Below are positions 30,487 through 31,776 of a stretch of 31,776 nucleotides of DNA, piece by piece; within the stretch, counting starts at the first letter, position 1; each line of letters begins with the position of its first letter. Under the pieces are notes generated by a model. The model did no database searches. It had not been told where the DNA came from and saw only the letters and a list, made by a program, of their open reading frames with translations. The DNA is from a virus (taxonomy: Duplodnaviria > Caudoviricetes), in the IMG/VR virus record IMGVR_UViG_3300017707_001682, positions 1 through 31,776 of that record, one strand, 5' to 3'. The translations under genes were made by a program, and so were the position numbers.

Positions 30487-31776
30487 ATGAACGATTTGAG
30501 TGCAGCTAATGGCCAGGACGGGGGGGAGGGGGTCGGCAGAGCGGCGGTCGGTCGGAAGTCGACGCATTCCCCAAACCAAAAAAATCCTGCAAACACGCCT
30601 CTTCGTCAGTCCCGCTTCTCTGCTCGTCAGTGTCTGGTCTGCTCCAAGTCGTTTACCCCGGACCGTGAGAATGGAAGGTTCTGCCAGGAGGCATGCAACA
30701 CGAGGTGGTGGAACGAGCAGCCGCAGCATCCGGTGATTCCGAAGGTTCGAGCGGACCATCCGAAGGCGTTGGAGTTACGGGACAAGCGGACTCAGTTGGT
30801 GCTCCTGGAGAAGGCGGATCCCTTCACCTACGGTTTCGTGCCGGACCACTGGGAGCTGGCCAACAAGGTGTGGGCTGAGTGTTCGGAGCTGCTGATCTCT
30901 GGCGGCAACCGGGCTGGCAAGACGTTGTGGGCGGCCAGGCGAGTGGTGGAGACCTTGTTGTCGAAGGAGAACGTCAACGTCTTGTGCTGTCATACCTCGA
31001 ATGCGACCTCAGTCACGGTGCAGCAGCCAGCGATCTACAACTATCTGCCGGTGAGTCTGCGAGCGACGAAGAAGGGCAAGATCCACTATCTGAACTACAG
31101 CCGGAAGAACGGCTTCACGGATGGCAGCTTTATCCTGCCTAACGGCTCCCGCTGTGACTTTTTGAACTACACGCAGTCGGAGAACACGATCGAGGGTCGG
31201 GAGGCGGACTTGATCTGGTGCGACGAGTTGGTGCCGCAGAGCTGGGTGGACACGCTGCGGTATCGGTTGGTTACACGACGTGGTAAGCTGCTGGTGACGC
31301 AGACGCCGCTGGAGGGTGTGGCGTCAGTCTACAAGGAGTTCACTGGCGGGGCTGCGATTGTCGAGGGGGGCGGTGGTCAGATGCTGACTGGGAAGCAGGG
31401 ATTGCCCACTTGGCCAGTAGGGAAGGCACCTAGGGTGATGAGGCTGGAGAAGCAGAATCGGTCCACGGTGTTCTTCTTTTCTGAGGACAACCCATACAAC
31501 CCTTGGGACGAGATGAAGTCCAAGCTGGTGGGTGCGCCGATGGGGCAGATCCTGACGCGTGCCTACGGCTGGGCGAGTGACAACATCGGCAAGGCGTTTG
31601 CTAGGTTCCGGCCTGAGACTCACTGCATACCTAGAAGCAAGATTCCGGATGGTGGGACCTTGTACATGGTCTGCGACCCGGCTGGCTCTAGGAACTGGTA
31701 CTGCCTGTGGATGCTGGTCTACGAGGATGGTCGGAAGGTGGTGGTGCGTGAGTTCCCGGACTTCACTGGGTACGGC
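30487..31776 (+). CDS. terL: Terminase large subunit (3'-truncated; absent from ORF track)
   Basis: Open frame from ATG 30487 to the window end. Walker A 'GGNRAGKT' (30901), Walker B 'LIWCDE' (~31210), coupling motif 'TQTP', nuclease start 'YMVCDPAG'. Confidence 0.9.
   Translation, partial: MNDLSAANGQDGGEGVGRAAVGRKSTHSPNQKNPANTPLRQSRFSARQCLVCSKSFTPDRENGRFCQEACNTRWWNEQPQHPVIPKVRADHPKALELRDKRTQLVLLEKADPFTYGFVPDHWELANKVWAECSELLISGGNRAGKTLWAARRVVETLLSKENVNVLCCHTSNATSVTVQQPAIYNYLPVSLRATKKGKIHYLNYSRKNGFTDGSFILPNGSRCDFLNYTQSENTIEGREADLIWCDELVPQSWVDTLRYRLVTRRGKLLVTQTPLEGVASVYKEFTGGAAIVEGGGGQMLTGKQGLPTWPVGKAPRVMRLEKQNRSTVFFFSEDNPYNPWDEMKSKLVGAPMGQILTRAYGWASDNIGKAFARFRPETHCIPRSKIPDGGTLYMVCDPAGSRNWYCLWMLVYEDGRKVVVREFPDFTGYG

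Noticed and set aside
1685-31623. Long minus-strand ORFs (e.g. 5779..6753, 11113..12432, 14398..15528, 27099..27995)
   Set aside because: Antisense shadows of well-supported + strand genes in GC-rich DNA, with no recognisable motifs.

Overview
This is a ~32 kb segment of a tailed dsDNA phage genome with podovirus-type architecture, and every supported gene is on the + strand. The gene order is: tail fibre genes; a lysis cassette (two holin-like genes and an overlapping i-/o-spanin pair); head-tail adaptor and nozzle; two paralogous short fibres, one split by an in-frame TAG; and a GNAT-like gene followed by the ejection (internal virion) proteins. A cupin and a DDxxD isoprenoid-synthase-like gene are embedded among the ejection genes, and the block ends in a 1875-aa polyvalent protein (metallopeptidase, HhH-glycosylase-like and GNAT-like domains). 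Next come a recombination/replication module (RHH regulator, RecT-like annealase, DUF2800-type exonuclease, SSB-like protein, RuvC-like resolvase, primase-helicase), early genes (secreted lysozyme-like protein, SNF2-like helicase), a hairpin-rich non-coding region, a GT-A glycosyltransferase, a candidate TerS and the 5' part of TerL. Spanins imply a Gram-negative host, and SD-less start contexts hint at Verrucomicrobia/PVC (inference only). The best candidates for new biology are a putative enzyme set that modifies ejection proteins, the repeat-flanked effector cassette in the giant ejection protein, the amber-split fibre and several structured intergenic elements. All calls come from motif reading by eye; no database searches were run.
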